From: Octopus vulgaris
Taxonomy: Eukaryota
NCBI GenBank assembly: GCA_951406725.2
Contig: OX597818.1
Location: forward strand, 27,466,001 to 27,530,000
DNA: 64,000 nt
Direction of reading: 5' to 3'
Under the pieces are notes generated by a model. It was not told the DNA's origin, did not search any database, and saw only the letters and a program-made list of their open reading frames with translations. Position numbers and translations under genes: made by a program. Shown one piece after another: positions 52,573-64,000 of this stretch; position 1 is the first letter of the stretch, and each line of letters opens with the position of its first letter.

Positions 52573-53844
52573 CGAGGGGCGTTCAATAAGTAATGCCCCT
52601 GACCCACTTCCCATAGCAGTAGAGCAACGAAACTTGGCACAGCTATTAGTCTTTTTCTACATAGGAACCACCCAGAGTTACGCATTTCTCCCATTGCTTG
52701 ATGCAGCTCTGGAGACCGTTTTTGTAGAAGACCCCAGCTTGGTCCTCCAACCTGAACGTGACTTCAGAAATCAAGGCTGCATCATCTGGGAAACGCTTTC
52801 CTTTCAAAAACAACTTCATGACTGGGAAGAGGTGAAAATCGGAGGGTGCAAGGTCAGGAAAGTAGGGGATGGGGGAGGAGTTCATAGCCATACGCCTGTG
52901 CTTCTGATCTGGCGACAAGCGAGTTGTGGACCGGAGCGTTGTCCTGCAGGAGGAGGATGCCTTTGCTGATCTTGCCCTGCCTCTTGATTTTGATAGCTTC
53001 TCTTAATTTCCTCAAAAGTGAAGCATAATAGGCTCCTGTAATTGTGGTACCCTTTGCCAGGAAATCTGTCATCACTACTCCGTCCTGGTCCCAGAAGACT
53101 GTGAGCATGACCTTGCCAGCGGAGGGCTGCACCCTTGCCTTCTTTGGAGGGGTGAGTCACGGTGCTTCCACTGCATTGACTGGGCTTTGGTCTCTGGATC
53201 ATCGTGATGGACCCAGGTTTCATCCTGTGTAATCAGTCTTTTGAAAAATTTTGACTCATCTTCTTGGCACATCTCCAAATTCACCCTCGAGCACTCGACG
53301 CGTTCTTGCTTCTGGAAAGGCGTGAGCAACCTGGGAATCCATCTGGCAGACACCTTTTGCATATGCAAATGGTCATGAATGATAGTTTCCACAGACCCGG
53401 TACTAAACTTGACCTCATGGGCTATTTGGCGAATAATTATGCGTCAATCTTCCAAAATGGCAGCCTCAACTTGACGGACAGATGCCTCATCAATGGCAGA
53501 AGGGGCGACCAGATCTGGGAGCTGTTTCCACAGAGTTCCGACCATGTTTGAATTCACGATGCCAGCGTTTTACAAGGTCATATGATGGGGCATCATCACC
53601 ATAAGTTACTTTCATTTCATCAAAAGTCTCCCGTGGTGTGCATCCTTTCAAATACAAAAACCGGATCACTGCTCGACACTCAACAGGCTCCATTTCACAC
53701 TTGACTCGGTTCAAACACCTGTAAATCAGAAACCATATAAATGATTGCACAGATATATAGATATAAATGATTGCACATGCAAAATTTCAGCTAGATCAAA
53801 CAATTGCAAGTGGGTCAGAGGCATTACTTATTGAACGTCCCTCG
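52573..53844 (-). mobile_element. Full-length mariner transposon with frameshifted transposase (53693 to 52646)
   Basis: TA|cgaggggcgttcaataagtaatgcccctgaccca ... tgggtcagaggcattacttattgaacgtccctcg|TA. Reads WIPRLL, ITQDETWVH, LQDNAPVH and YFPDLAPSDFHLF in several frames. Confidence 0.93.
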
Positions 53845-54286
53845 TATGATAAACGTCATGCAGACATTCACTTGTACCTCCAATATTTTACCATTTTATT
53901 AATCCAGTTGATAAAACTATTTTCTGTAAATGTCAGTTGTACAACAAATAAACCAAATAATGATATAAGTAGTACTGCATTCACCAGATATCTGCATAGA
54001 GATTAGACAAAATAGTTTGGAAGAGATTTGCAATGGGGAAAGTTCTACACCTTTATCATTTATTTTTGTTGAATAGCCACATTCAATCCTGCTTATGGAC
54101 ACCTCTGACATGAAATTAATCTTGGAAAGTATCTTATTTCTGTAGAGATATTTGTGAGCAGTTTCTCTTAATGGTAACTTTTAAATATCAGTAAAATATT
54201 TGATGACTGATATAGTAGAATGCTGTATAAAACACTTAGTAGTATTAAATTTAATCTCACTAGACTCTGAGGTCAAATCCCTTTAA

Positions 54287-54905
54287 TCCTTAAATGGTGT
54301 AGACATCACCAATTGATATTTCATTAGAGAACAGCAAACATCATCAACTGATGTTTTATTAGAGAACAGTGGGCATCATCAACTGAGTTTTAAAAATTTT
54401 ACACGAATACAGCCATCTTCAAGTGACACCTGAGCATCTACTTCATCAAATGCATCTTAGTGTAAGTGGCCCTTACTGATGAGAGAAATCAAGTCATAAA
54501 TGGAATATCTATACAGTGATAAAGAAGATTTTTCTGGGTTGTTTTCATCATTAGATGAGTTAGATTACGATGATGATGATGATGATGATGATACTCTAGG
54601 AATCACAGATGAAAGTGATGCTTCAGCTAGCTCTGGATATGAAAAATACACTGAATTTCCTCATGTGTACAACAATATACAGCAACAATGTTGAAATCTC
54701 AAATGATTTTGGCTAAAATGATTTTATTACATTTTAGTCTTTATTTTAATAATTTAAGAGAATGAAAATATTGTTTCCTTAGTTTTGGGAGTAATTTAAA
54801 GTGAAAATAAGTATAAAAATTATCCTTAAGAAAAAAATGTTTTTTGTTTTTTTATCTTGTTGACACATGCATTCAAGCAACCTTTTTCTAGCCACTGTTT
54901 AAAAC
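54287..54905 (+). mobile_element. TTAA-flanked insertion, possibly a piggyBac derivative
   Basis: TTAA on both sides and weak inverted ends (tccttaaatggtg / cactgtttaaaac). Contains a short acidic ORF at 54500-54694. The uninterrupted paralogous site is at about 60285-60325. Confidence 0.45.
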
Positions 54906-55882
54906 TTAAAGTAAATTTTGTTCTGTGAGCAATCCTCCCACACATAAATACTACTTTTACATAATTCCTCTACTAATATTAGCATTTTTTGCTTCTATAG
55001 TAATAAAAGCAAAATTCTGTCTCTCTCTCTCTCTCTCTCTGGGAATCCTGTATCTCAGTCTAAATTTGTTCTACATAGACATATACCTTTTTGGAGTCAG
55101 TATGATCACAGGATGGAAAATCTGCCCTTCATTTGGTTCTTGAACATACATTATTGGGATCTGATTTAAAAGCATTGGGTTGCCTTTTCTAGCAGTTAAA
55201 GTTTAGCTGATTCATGCCATCTTGGTTGGCATTTGTCAGATGACATCAGAGGGGAAGATAACTGACATTCGCTTCATGAATTTTACTTTGAGATGAGAAC
55301 TCTGGGACAAATTGGTTAACAGTTGGAATTCAACTTAGGACTGGCACAATAGAATGATTGCATTACAGAATTAATTCCCATCTGTCTTTAACCTCTGATC
55401 AAACACTGCTGTGACATATAGTCATTATAAGTATGATAATCATGCTACATAGCTCTGTTTAGTTTTGAGCCACAGACCCAATTAGCCCTCCACACGAGCT
55501 AGCTTAAAAGTCTGCACAGTGTGCTGCCTTTAAGCTAGTATGGAATATAATTTAAGAACCTCTTTACTAAAGAACTTTCTTTCCAAGCACTAACTTTGAA
55601 ATGCTATATTTACCAAAATTAGGCTTTCTTTCCTCTTTACTTTTCCATAGCAAATGAATTTATTAGGTATTACTACACTCTTTTAAAATACATCAAAGCA
55701 AGGATGAAAAACCTATACTTTACACTCAGTTTGGCTGTATTTCAAATATTTTTTGTTTTCAAGTACATGTTTATCTGTATGATATAATATACATTACAAA
55801 ATATTTTATTATTATGGCTTTTGCTATTTTCTGTGCAACATCAAAATAATTAAATCTTCTTCTACAAACAATAAATATTCCA

Positions 55883-56201
55883 TTATTTACATTATTTACA
55901 TTTGACAGATATTTGTCCTCATCTTGTTTATTGTTATCACAACATTTTTGGCTGATATACCCTCCAGCCTTCATCAGGTGTCTTGGGCAAATTTCGAACA
56001 TGGGTTCTCATTCCTAAGGTATTTTTCGATGTTGTTGTTGTTATTATTATTATTATTCAGGTCACTGCCTGGAATTGAACTCAAAATCTTGGGGTTAGTA
56101 GCCCATGCTCTTAACCACTACACCATATGCCCACAGGCATATGGCATGTTAACAACAAACAAGATGAGGACATAATTCCTCATCTCTTAAATATAAAACT
56201 G
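55883..56201 (-). mobile_element. Penelope-type pLTR fragment with a decayed minimal hammerhead ribozyme
   Basis: Flanked by the direct repeat aataaatattcc. Minus strand reads gacac-CTGATGA-aggctgg..tcagcc-aaaaa-tgtt-gtg. An inverted partial copy lies at about 56147-56172. Confidence 0.6.
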
Positions 56202-56239
56202 AATAAATATTCCCATTTTTTATATTTAATTTCTTGAAG

Positions 56240-56296
56240 TTGTGGAAGATCATATTTTGAAATTACTGAGCCCAAATATTTATGCATGAAACACAT
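56240..56296 (+). pseudogene. Decayed type A microexon (1-nt deletion, donor lost), retaining traces of YFEI and YLCM
   Basis: tttcttgaag|ttgtggaagatca-tattttgaaattactgagcccaaatatttatgcatgaaacac-attaagt. Confidence 0.75.
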
Positions 56297-56389
56297 TAAG
56301 TTGAATCAGTAATGATAATATGCAGCATGATCTTAAAGATTGTCTAAAATATGAACAGAAAGCTAAGAATTATAATATATATCACTTCT

Positions 56390-56614
56390 TTTATTGTTTT
56401 TTATTTGTTTCAGTCATTGGATTGTGGCCATGCAGTGGCAACATAGTATGGTTTGAGTCAGATGAATTAATCTTAGTACTTCCTTTCATTTTTAAGTCTA
56501 GAATTTATTAAATCTGTTTCTTTTGCTGAACTGTTATGCTACAGGGATGTAAACAAACCAATACCAGTTGTCAAGCAGTGGGGGAGACAAATACAAACAC
56601 AAAGACACACTCGC

Positions 56615-56649
<35 letters not shown>

Positions 56650-56860
56650 TACATAATACACACGCACACACACACAATATATATATATATATATATATAT
56701 GACAGTTTCCCACTGAGTTTCTGTTAACAAAATTCACTCCCAAGGTTTTGGTCAGTCCAGGGCTATGGTAGAAGATACTTGCTCAAGATGTTGCACAGTG
56801 GACTGAACCCAAAACTATACAGTTTTAAAATGAGTTTCTTGACCACACACCCTTGCCTTT
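56390..56860 (-). mobile_element. SINE-like repeat with internal (TA)/(CA) microsatellite
   Basis: Homologous to 3840-4192. Confidence 0.65.
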
Positions 56861-56934
56861 GTGTGTGTGTGTGTGCACACGTGTATCTGTGTTTAAGTGT
56901 ATTTCATTAATATTTGTTATGGTTGTACCAATAC

Positions 56935-59137
56935 ATCATCATCATCATCATTGTTTAACATCTATTTTCCATGCTTGCATTAGTTGGATAGCTTAACAGG
57001 TCTCACTGAGCACAAAAACCCCCCAATCAGTTTGGTCTTTTGTCATCTCCTCTGTAAGGTTCAGTATTTGAAGTCAGCCTTCACTACTTTGTCTCATACC
57101 TCTTAGGGTTTCCCTTTTTCTGTAATTCCAACCACTTTAAGTGATCAGCATTTCTTTACATAGTTGTCCTCATCCATATGCATTCAATGATCAAACTAGC
57201 ACAGTCTTCTATGTTGCACACTTCATCTGATTTCTTTTATGACTAATTTTTCTCTTAGTACATTAGCACCTTGTTACACATGCACAATAACATTGCACAT
57301 GCAGTGGAATATACTAGCTTTCTTCCTCTCTATTTCTTGGTATGTCTCCTGCATTCAGAGCCCATACCTCATTATCATGTAACATTACTTTATGAACAGA
57401 GGCATTATACAATTGTTGCTAACAAAGGTAATATCTCTTAAGGAGTTAAGCTGGCAGAATTTTTAGAATGCCATCTTAATGTTCTGAGTTCAAATTCTGC
57501 CAAAGTCAACTTTGCTTTCCATCCTTTTGGGTCAATAAAATAAGAGCCAGTTTAACACTGGGGCTGATGTAATCAACTTATCCTCTCCCCTGAAATTGCT
57601 GGCCTTTTGCCAAAATTTGAAACCAAAGGTAATATCTTTCTGAATTTTCTCCATCCTAGCAACTGCACTTTCTGAAAATCCTTCTCCATTGCTAAATAGG
57701 TCACCTAAGTATCAGAAATTATCCACTACTTCTAGGGAGCCTCCAAGGTATTTGAAAGAATCAATTTCTTTTGTATGTTTAGTCTCCATGACACTTGTGC
57801 ATCTTCCACATGCAAAGACTACTTCCTCCATTAACTTTCCACTGATTCCTATGCACATCTTGTGTATCCATAGCTAGTGCTACCTAAACAGTTCCTACAT
57901 AACAAGCAGGGCCATTTGCATGAAGTAAGGCCCTGTCTGTTTTCTTGCTTACTAAAGCCTTGGGCTTTATTAAACTAATTTTAAGCCCCTTCAATTCCAG
58001 GTTTTGCTTCAACATCTGGAATTTCTTTTTTCAATTCTGATATGAGCATGAGATCATCAGTGCATAGTAATTCACAAGGGCAGTTGGTCTTAAATTAATG
58101 TGTTATGGCCAGGAGCACAATGATGAATTTGGAGGGTACTGAGAACCAAGTCCTAGTGGACACCTACCTGTACTCTAAATTCATCACTGTACTTACTTAT
58201 GGGAAACTCTCATCTTACTGACAGCACGCCCATAAATGACTTGTACAGCTTTCAGAAAATTTTGTCTATCCCTAGCTTTCTCAGAGACCACATTGCAGAA
58301 AGAGGGACTCTGTTGAAGGGACTCAATGAATGCCAAGTGCAATGGCTTATCTTACCTAAATCTTTCTCCTGTAGTTGTCTCTCTAGGAAGATGGCATCAG
58401 TAGCACAAAACAACAGTGCATCTTGTCAAGTCTCTGTTTCTAATTATTTGAGCAATAACTCTCTTTGTAAATTTCATGACCTATAACTTTATCCTTGCAA
58501 TGGCTGCTATACCAGGTATTGGGGATGATATCTTCCTGTGTAACATGATTATCCAGGTAACTAGACCATAACCTACTTTGTTGGATATTTTCTTGTTTCC
58601 ATATCTTTAATTGCTTTATCTATCATACTACTGTCAACTCTGACAGCTGGCCCCACTGTTTGGTTAATGTTGGAGAGACTCTCTTTCTCCCATGCATTCT
58701 CCACATTTGATAACCTTTCTTAGTAGCACTTCAATGCCACTTTCTTTTCAGGATCACTAAGTGCAAGCATAATGCTAGCCATCCATACATACTCCTCTCT
58801 CACAATATCTTGATTCTCTCTTATACACTGTCTTGCAATGAGAAATACCTCTCACTTCTGATCCTCACATTGTAAGACATTGGCAGACCTCTTCCTTTCT
58901 GCTTCTACTCTTGCTGAATAAACCTGGTGCCTAGCTTTCTGTCTAGCTACCAGACACAGTTCTTTGCTGCCCCCATTTTCTCACTCTTTTCAAGCCTATC
59001 TCTTTGCTTTTATGGCTTTATTTGCCTCACTTTTCTGTCACAATGTCACCCTTGATTTTGCTGAAACTTTGCTCCTGCTACAGATTTGGCCTGTTGCCCT
59101 CAGTAGGTTGTCCTGTAAGAACTTCCAGTTGTCCTCT

Positions 59138-59211
<74 letters not shown>

Positions 59212-59885
59212 TCCTCCTCCTTCTCATCAAATGCTTCAGTTAGAATCTCTAACTGTTTGAAGGATCCCCTTAAGTTTCTATATCTTCCTTTTCCAGATTG
59301 GTTTGTATCTCTGAGTCCATCTAACCCTAAGTCTGAAGTCATTAACCTATAGCCCTATGTTGAGGTGTATATTTCTCACGAGGAAAGGACAAGCATTTCC
59401 CTATCTCGCTTTCTAATAAAAATATAGTCAATCTAGCTTCTGTGCCAAATAGATTAATAATTGATTAGGTAGCTGGCAGGTTTTCTGAGGGCAGTGCTGC
59501 AGAGCAACAAGCCATTTGCACCTCAAAACTCAAACAGCTTTTTATCCTCCTCATTTCTGGAGCCCTAACCACCATGCATGCCATGAAATCCATTGGAGTG
59601 CTGCCCAACATATCTGCTGAAACCATAATAATAAAGTTATTGCTATTCATCATCGAGGTAGTCTGCAAAAGAACCTCATAGTATTGGTCCTTTTGATCCT
59701 CTGCCAGTTCAGTGGGGCATATGCAGTGGTAAGTAACACTGTAACATTAGCAAAGATTACTCTTAGGCTAACAATACTATTTCACACCTTAACTACCATG
59801 ATTACCTTAGCTACTCATTTCTCTGCCAAAAATATACCTACATCCCCAACCCATTATTACTACATATATGTTCTGTGCCTGTTAT
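56935..59885 (-). mobile_element. Long decayed RTE LINE (endonuclease through RT), with a nested SINE at about 57445-57622
   Basis: (CAT)n tail at 56935-56952. Remnants include LDYIF at about 59415-59435 and AIKDMET. The nested Nin-type SINE is flanked by the direct repeat caaaggtaatatct. Confidence 0.75.
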
Positions 59886-59927
59886 GCATATAGCCATGAT
59901 ATGTGTTTTGTTTTTAATTTCTTAAAG

Positions 59928-59969
59928 ACATGGACAATGCTTATGTTAATGTTTCAAAGAAACTTAATG
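59928..59969 (+). CDS. Cytoplasmic microexon type B (42 nt): DMDNAYVNVSKKLN
   Basis: tttcttaaag|acatg...aatg|gtaagt, YxN motif. Confidence 0.87.
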
Positions 59970-60367
59970 GTAAGTATATAAGCAACCTCTTAATAAAATT
60001 ACATTAAAGCAAGAGTTAACAAATATTTTAGCTCATTCTAAGTAGAATATGCAGTTTAATATGTGTACAAACATAATTAAAAGTTAAAAAATGTGAAAAT
60101 TTCATTGTATATATAATAAAATTTCTGAAAATATTCCTATGTAACTGATATTTTACACTTTTATTTATCTTTACTAATAATCCAGTCCATAAACATGTCT
60201 TGTGTAACATCTAGTTGTCCAAATAAACCAATGCCATATGGAATTAATTATTTGGCAGTAATTAATTTAGTCCCACTACCTTCTGAGTTCAAATTTCATT
60301 GAAGTAAATTTTGTTTTGTGAGACTCTATAAGTAATACTTTTTATATAAGATGTCAGTGCTGCTTTT

Positions 60368-60640
60368 ACTGGCTTCCGTGCCAGTGGCACGTAAAAAGCA
60401 CCAACCAATCGTGGCTGTTGCCAGCCTCCTCTGGCCCCTGTGCCGGTGGCGTGTAAAAAGCACCCACTACACTCATGGAATGGTTGGGGTTAGGAAAAGC
60501 ATCCAGCTGTAGAAACACTGCCAGATCAGACTGGAACCTGGTGCAGCCTCCTGGCTTCTCAGACCCCAGTCAAACTGTCCAACCCATGCCAGTATGGAAA
60601 GCGGACGTTAAATGATGATAATGATGATGATGATGATGAT
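60368..60640 (+). mobile_element. RTE-family 3' end with (GAT)n tail
   Basis: Homologous to 23085-23415. Confidence 0.8.
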
Positions 60641-60961
60641 AACTTCTCTAACAAAATTAATATTTTGTTTATGGAATAAAATTTCAAATGCCACTTTACT
60701 GAGAAATCTTCTCTGCAAACTCTAATTTTAAAATACCATAATACTAACCTTCTTTCCACTTTTTCATATGCAATGAATTTATTCAGCACGACTTTTCATT
60801 TTCTCAAGACATCAATGTGAGGATGAAGAACGTATACTGTACATTAAAGTTTGGCTGTATTTTAAATAAGTTTTCTAAATACTTGTTTCTATATATATAT
60901 ATATATCATCATCATTTAATATCAACCTTCCATGCTGGCATGAGTGGGGTATATATATATA

Positions 60962-61526
60962 TTGGGTTGTCCAGAAAGTTTGTGCCAATGTTTAAAGGAA
61001 AGAAAAAGGTCAATAAATACTTGCCATTACATTTTTAATCAACCAAATATGAACCATTTTGTTGCACAATGCATCTCCATCTTCCTTTAACTTGAAAATA
61101 CCCTCTTCCCAGAATTGAGGTGGTTTCATGGCAAAGAATTCATCAAGGTATCTTTTTATGTCATCCAAGGAATTGAAATTTTTACCATTAAGACTATTCT
61201 GCAGAGACCTGAATAAGTGAAAATCCGAAAGAGTAATATCTGGTGAATATGGAGGGTGGGGTAACACATCCCAGCCGAGCTGCAGCAATTTTTGTCTGGT
61301 TTCCAAAGCATCAAGTGTTGAAACTGAACTTTCTTACCTTCCATTTTAAAGGGTTACAGAATTAACACAGGTTATAGGAACATAAACCTTCTTCCACGAA
61401 AAGATAGCTCAAACTGTGCTCTAAATGGAGGTGTAGTCAAATCCTATTTTATGAACTCAACCATGTTCTAAAATAAGTCAAAAGGTAAGCTACTATAAAT
61501 CGGCATGAACTTTCTGGACAACCCAA
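60962..61526 (-). mobile_element. Internally deleted mariner element
   Basis: TA|ttgggttgtccagaaagt...actttctggacaacccaa|TA. Reads TRQKLLQLGWDVLPHPPYSPDITLSDFHLFRSLQNSL. Confidence 0.9.
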
Positions 61527-61528
61527 TA

Positions 61529-61569
<41 letters not shown>

Positions 61570-62055
61570 TATAAGCAAGGGCTAAAGAAGGTTATTCTAA
61601 AGCCAATATACTGATATTCCACATTTAATCTACTTGCTACAGAAAGTTGAATTGAAATTCGGGCAACTAAACCTTTGGAACATTTAAATTTCGTTATCTC
61701 AATATTGAATCAATTTCGGAATTAACCACATAAGGGTTCGTTCGTCTTCAGTTGAGCTTACAAGAGAATATAAGTAAGATACTCACATGCGCCTCTGGAA
61801 ATAGCCGAAGCGAATAACACAAGTACATCTAAGTAACCCAATTATATCCAAAAATAAAAGTTCTTAGGTTAGTCTCAGGACAACATGTTGACTTCCCGCC
61901 ACTACATATTGTAGTGGTAACAAGTCCCCCTGCAGCACATATACATATATACCTATAAAATGTATTATATTTGCTACTTTCTGTGCAATAAAGAAATAGT
62001 TAAAGCATTCTCCCCAAACAATAAATATGCTTGTTTTATATTTAATTTCTTGAAG

Positions 62056-62115
62056 CTGTGGAAGATTATTATGTTGAAGTCAGTGAGTTGAAATATGCGT
62101 GTATGAAACACCCTG
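62056..62115 (+). CDS. Cytoplasmic microexon type A (60 nt) with both tyrosine sites: AVEDYYVEVSELKYACMKHP
   Basis: tttcttgaag|ctgtg...cctg|gtaagt. Confidence 0.88.
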
Positions 62116-62314
62116 GTAAGTATAAACAATATTGGACAGCATGACTTCAGAATAGTGTAAAAATAGAAAGCTAACAGCTATAATCTATATCACTCTCTTC
62201 TTCTCCTCCACTGCCTCCCCTCCCCCATCTAACCATCTTCCTTCTCATCCTCCCACCCATTCCTCTTCCTCCCCTTCCCCAACCTTCTTCCTGCTATTGC
62301 TGTACCTCTTCCTA

Positions 62315-62315
62315 T

Positions 62316-62346
<31 letters not shown>

Positions 62347-64000
62347 AGCAGCAACAACAACAACAACATCGTTTAGCACCTGTTTACCATGCTGGCATGG
62401 ATTAGGCGGTGCCACAGGAAGTGGCAAGTCAAAAAGTAGCACCAATTCCTGCTGTCTGCTTTAGCATGGTTTCTATGGCTGGATGCCTTCCTAACACCAA
62501 TTACTTTACAAAGTGTGCTGGTTGCTTTTATATAGCACCAGCAGCAGTGAGGTCACCAAGTAACTAGCAAGAAAAGAGCTCTCACCTGAGGGTGGGAGGA
62601 TTATTGAGGGACAGAAAAATGAGTCATGCATTAGAGAAGAAATGTGACTATCTCAGGTAGGGTTTGAGTGGAGAGGGAAAGGAGAGAGAGAAGATGAAGA
62701 TGTGATGATGAGTGGATTGGAGAAGATGAGTGAGTTCACAAGATTGTGAAAGGCGAGTGGTAGATGGAGAGGGGATGTAATGAGTGGGAATAGTTAGAGG
62801 GAGGGGGTATGGCAGGGGATGTTGTGGGAAAGAAATTCAATGGAGACATATTGCATGCAGGTAGGTATGTGAGAGAGAGTGGAAGGGAATGCAATGGGTG
62901 GGGTGAGTGGTGGATGATGGGTTAATGGGAAATGTTGGATGATGGTTTGTGTGCATGAGGTGGGGCATAAACATAAAAGAAATGTCTTTAGGACCTCAAT
63001 TTTACTTAGCTGGGTAGGTTTTCTTGAGCACAGCAAATCACTGATAGTCTCTGTCCTTTATGATCTCCTCTGTCATCCCTGGTGAAGATTATTTCTCACT
63101 ATTTTGTCTCATGTCTTCCTGGGTCTACCCCCTTCTACAGGTTCCCTCTGCATTTTGAGATCAGCCCTTCTTTATGCAGCTGTCCTCATCCATATGCATC
63201 CATGACCATAGCAGCACAATCTTCTCTCTTCACTACATCTGATGTCACTTGTACACAATTTTTCTCTTAAAAGATTTACACTTTGTCGAATCTCACACTG
63301 ACATTGCACATCTAACAGAGTTTGCCTGCTTCATTTCTTTCAAGCCCTCACCTGTCCTTGTTAGTCACAACTCATGTTTCACTGCCATATAGCATAGCTG
63401 TCCATACAAATGCTTTATACAATCTGCCTTTCACTCACAGAGAAAAACCCTTTGTTACCAACAACAATAATAACTCTGGACTTTATCCAGCTTGTTCATA
63501 TTCTAGTAACTACACTTAGAGCATTTTTGTCTCCTACCAATTTGGTCATTTATGTAACAGAAACTATTTGATATCTCTAAGGATCTCTCTGGGCATTTGA
63601 GGAAGTCTATTTCCTGTGTATTCTTAGTGTTTATTGTACCTGCACATCTGCCATACACACAGACTACTTCCTCTGTTAACTTACCTCTGATTCCACTGCA
63701 CTTCTAACTTGCAGTAGATACAGTATAGGAAATTTCTAACTACACCTTTTATACATATCCAGTATGACCATTTTCCAGAATATATTAGTAATTTATCTGC
63801 ACTCCTGGTTACTAATATTTTAGTCTTTGCTAAGTTAACTCTAAGGCCATTTTTCACTAAATGCTTCTCCTGCAGTTGCCTTATTAAGAAGATAGCGTTT
63901 GTATCTCATCTATGTCAACTATTTTCTAATTAGTTGAGCTATGACATTCTCAGTGACTTTCATTTCCTGCTCCAGTAATTTGATACCTCTGTAATTACTT
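62315..64000 (-). mobile_element. Decayed RTE LINE 3' portion, running off the window
   Basis: catcgtttagcacctgtttaccatgctggcatgg head, and the block catgtcttcctgggtctacc shared with the other RTE copies. Confidence 0.7.

Noticed and set aside
54500-54694. Acidic Tyr-containing ORF as a possible terminal exon of the receptor
   Set aside because: It lies inside a TTAA-flanked insertion absent from paralogous units, has no convincing acceptor, and intact microexons continue downstream.
62056-62115. ITAM or ITIM call for YVEV-SELK-YACM and AIYANI
   Set aside because: The spacing is 4 residues rather than 6-8, and the +3 and -2 residues do not fit canonical ITAM or ITIM. Described only as SH2-type motifs.
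33217-62115. CRISPR-like or prokaryotic repeat array
   Set aside because: The repeats are AG/GT-bounded coding exons separated by kilobase introns in eukaryotic DNA; there are no cas genes or constant-length spacers.

Overview
AT-rich, repeat-dense eukaryotic DNA. The SINE/RTE repeat families and microsatellite load suggest a cephalopod, probably Octopus (inference). Most long ORFs in the track are transposon debris or low-complexity artefacts. The host content is one multi-exon + strand gene that crosses almost the whole window, with its 5' and 3' ends apparently outside it. It encodes a type I immunoglobulin-superfamily receptor: four phase-1 Ig exons (4231-4485, 10459-10707, 15645-15899, 17858-18163) and a TM exon (24493-24597). 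Its cytoplasmic tail is built from a tandem array of symmetric phase 1-1 microexons of two types. Type B (42 nt) carries YxN motifs (YDNL, YANI, YVNV). Type A (60 nt) carries YxE/D-V/I and/or YxCM motifs. I found 11 microexons with intact AG/GT splice sites and at least 4 decayed copies. The array grew by duplication of whole exon-intron units, including a recent transposon-associated triplication, and its copies show reciprocal tyrosine loss. The introns contain Helitrons, Chapaev3, hAT (Buster-type), mariner/Tc1, two Ty3/Gypsy elements, Penelope (one with a decayed hammerhead ribozyme), HERO-like, CR1 and RTE LINEs, and SINEs. Exon structures were read by eye without transcript data, and TE boundaries are approximate unless termini or TSDs are quoted.
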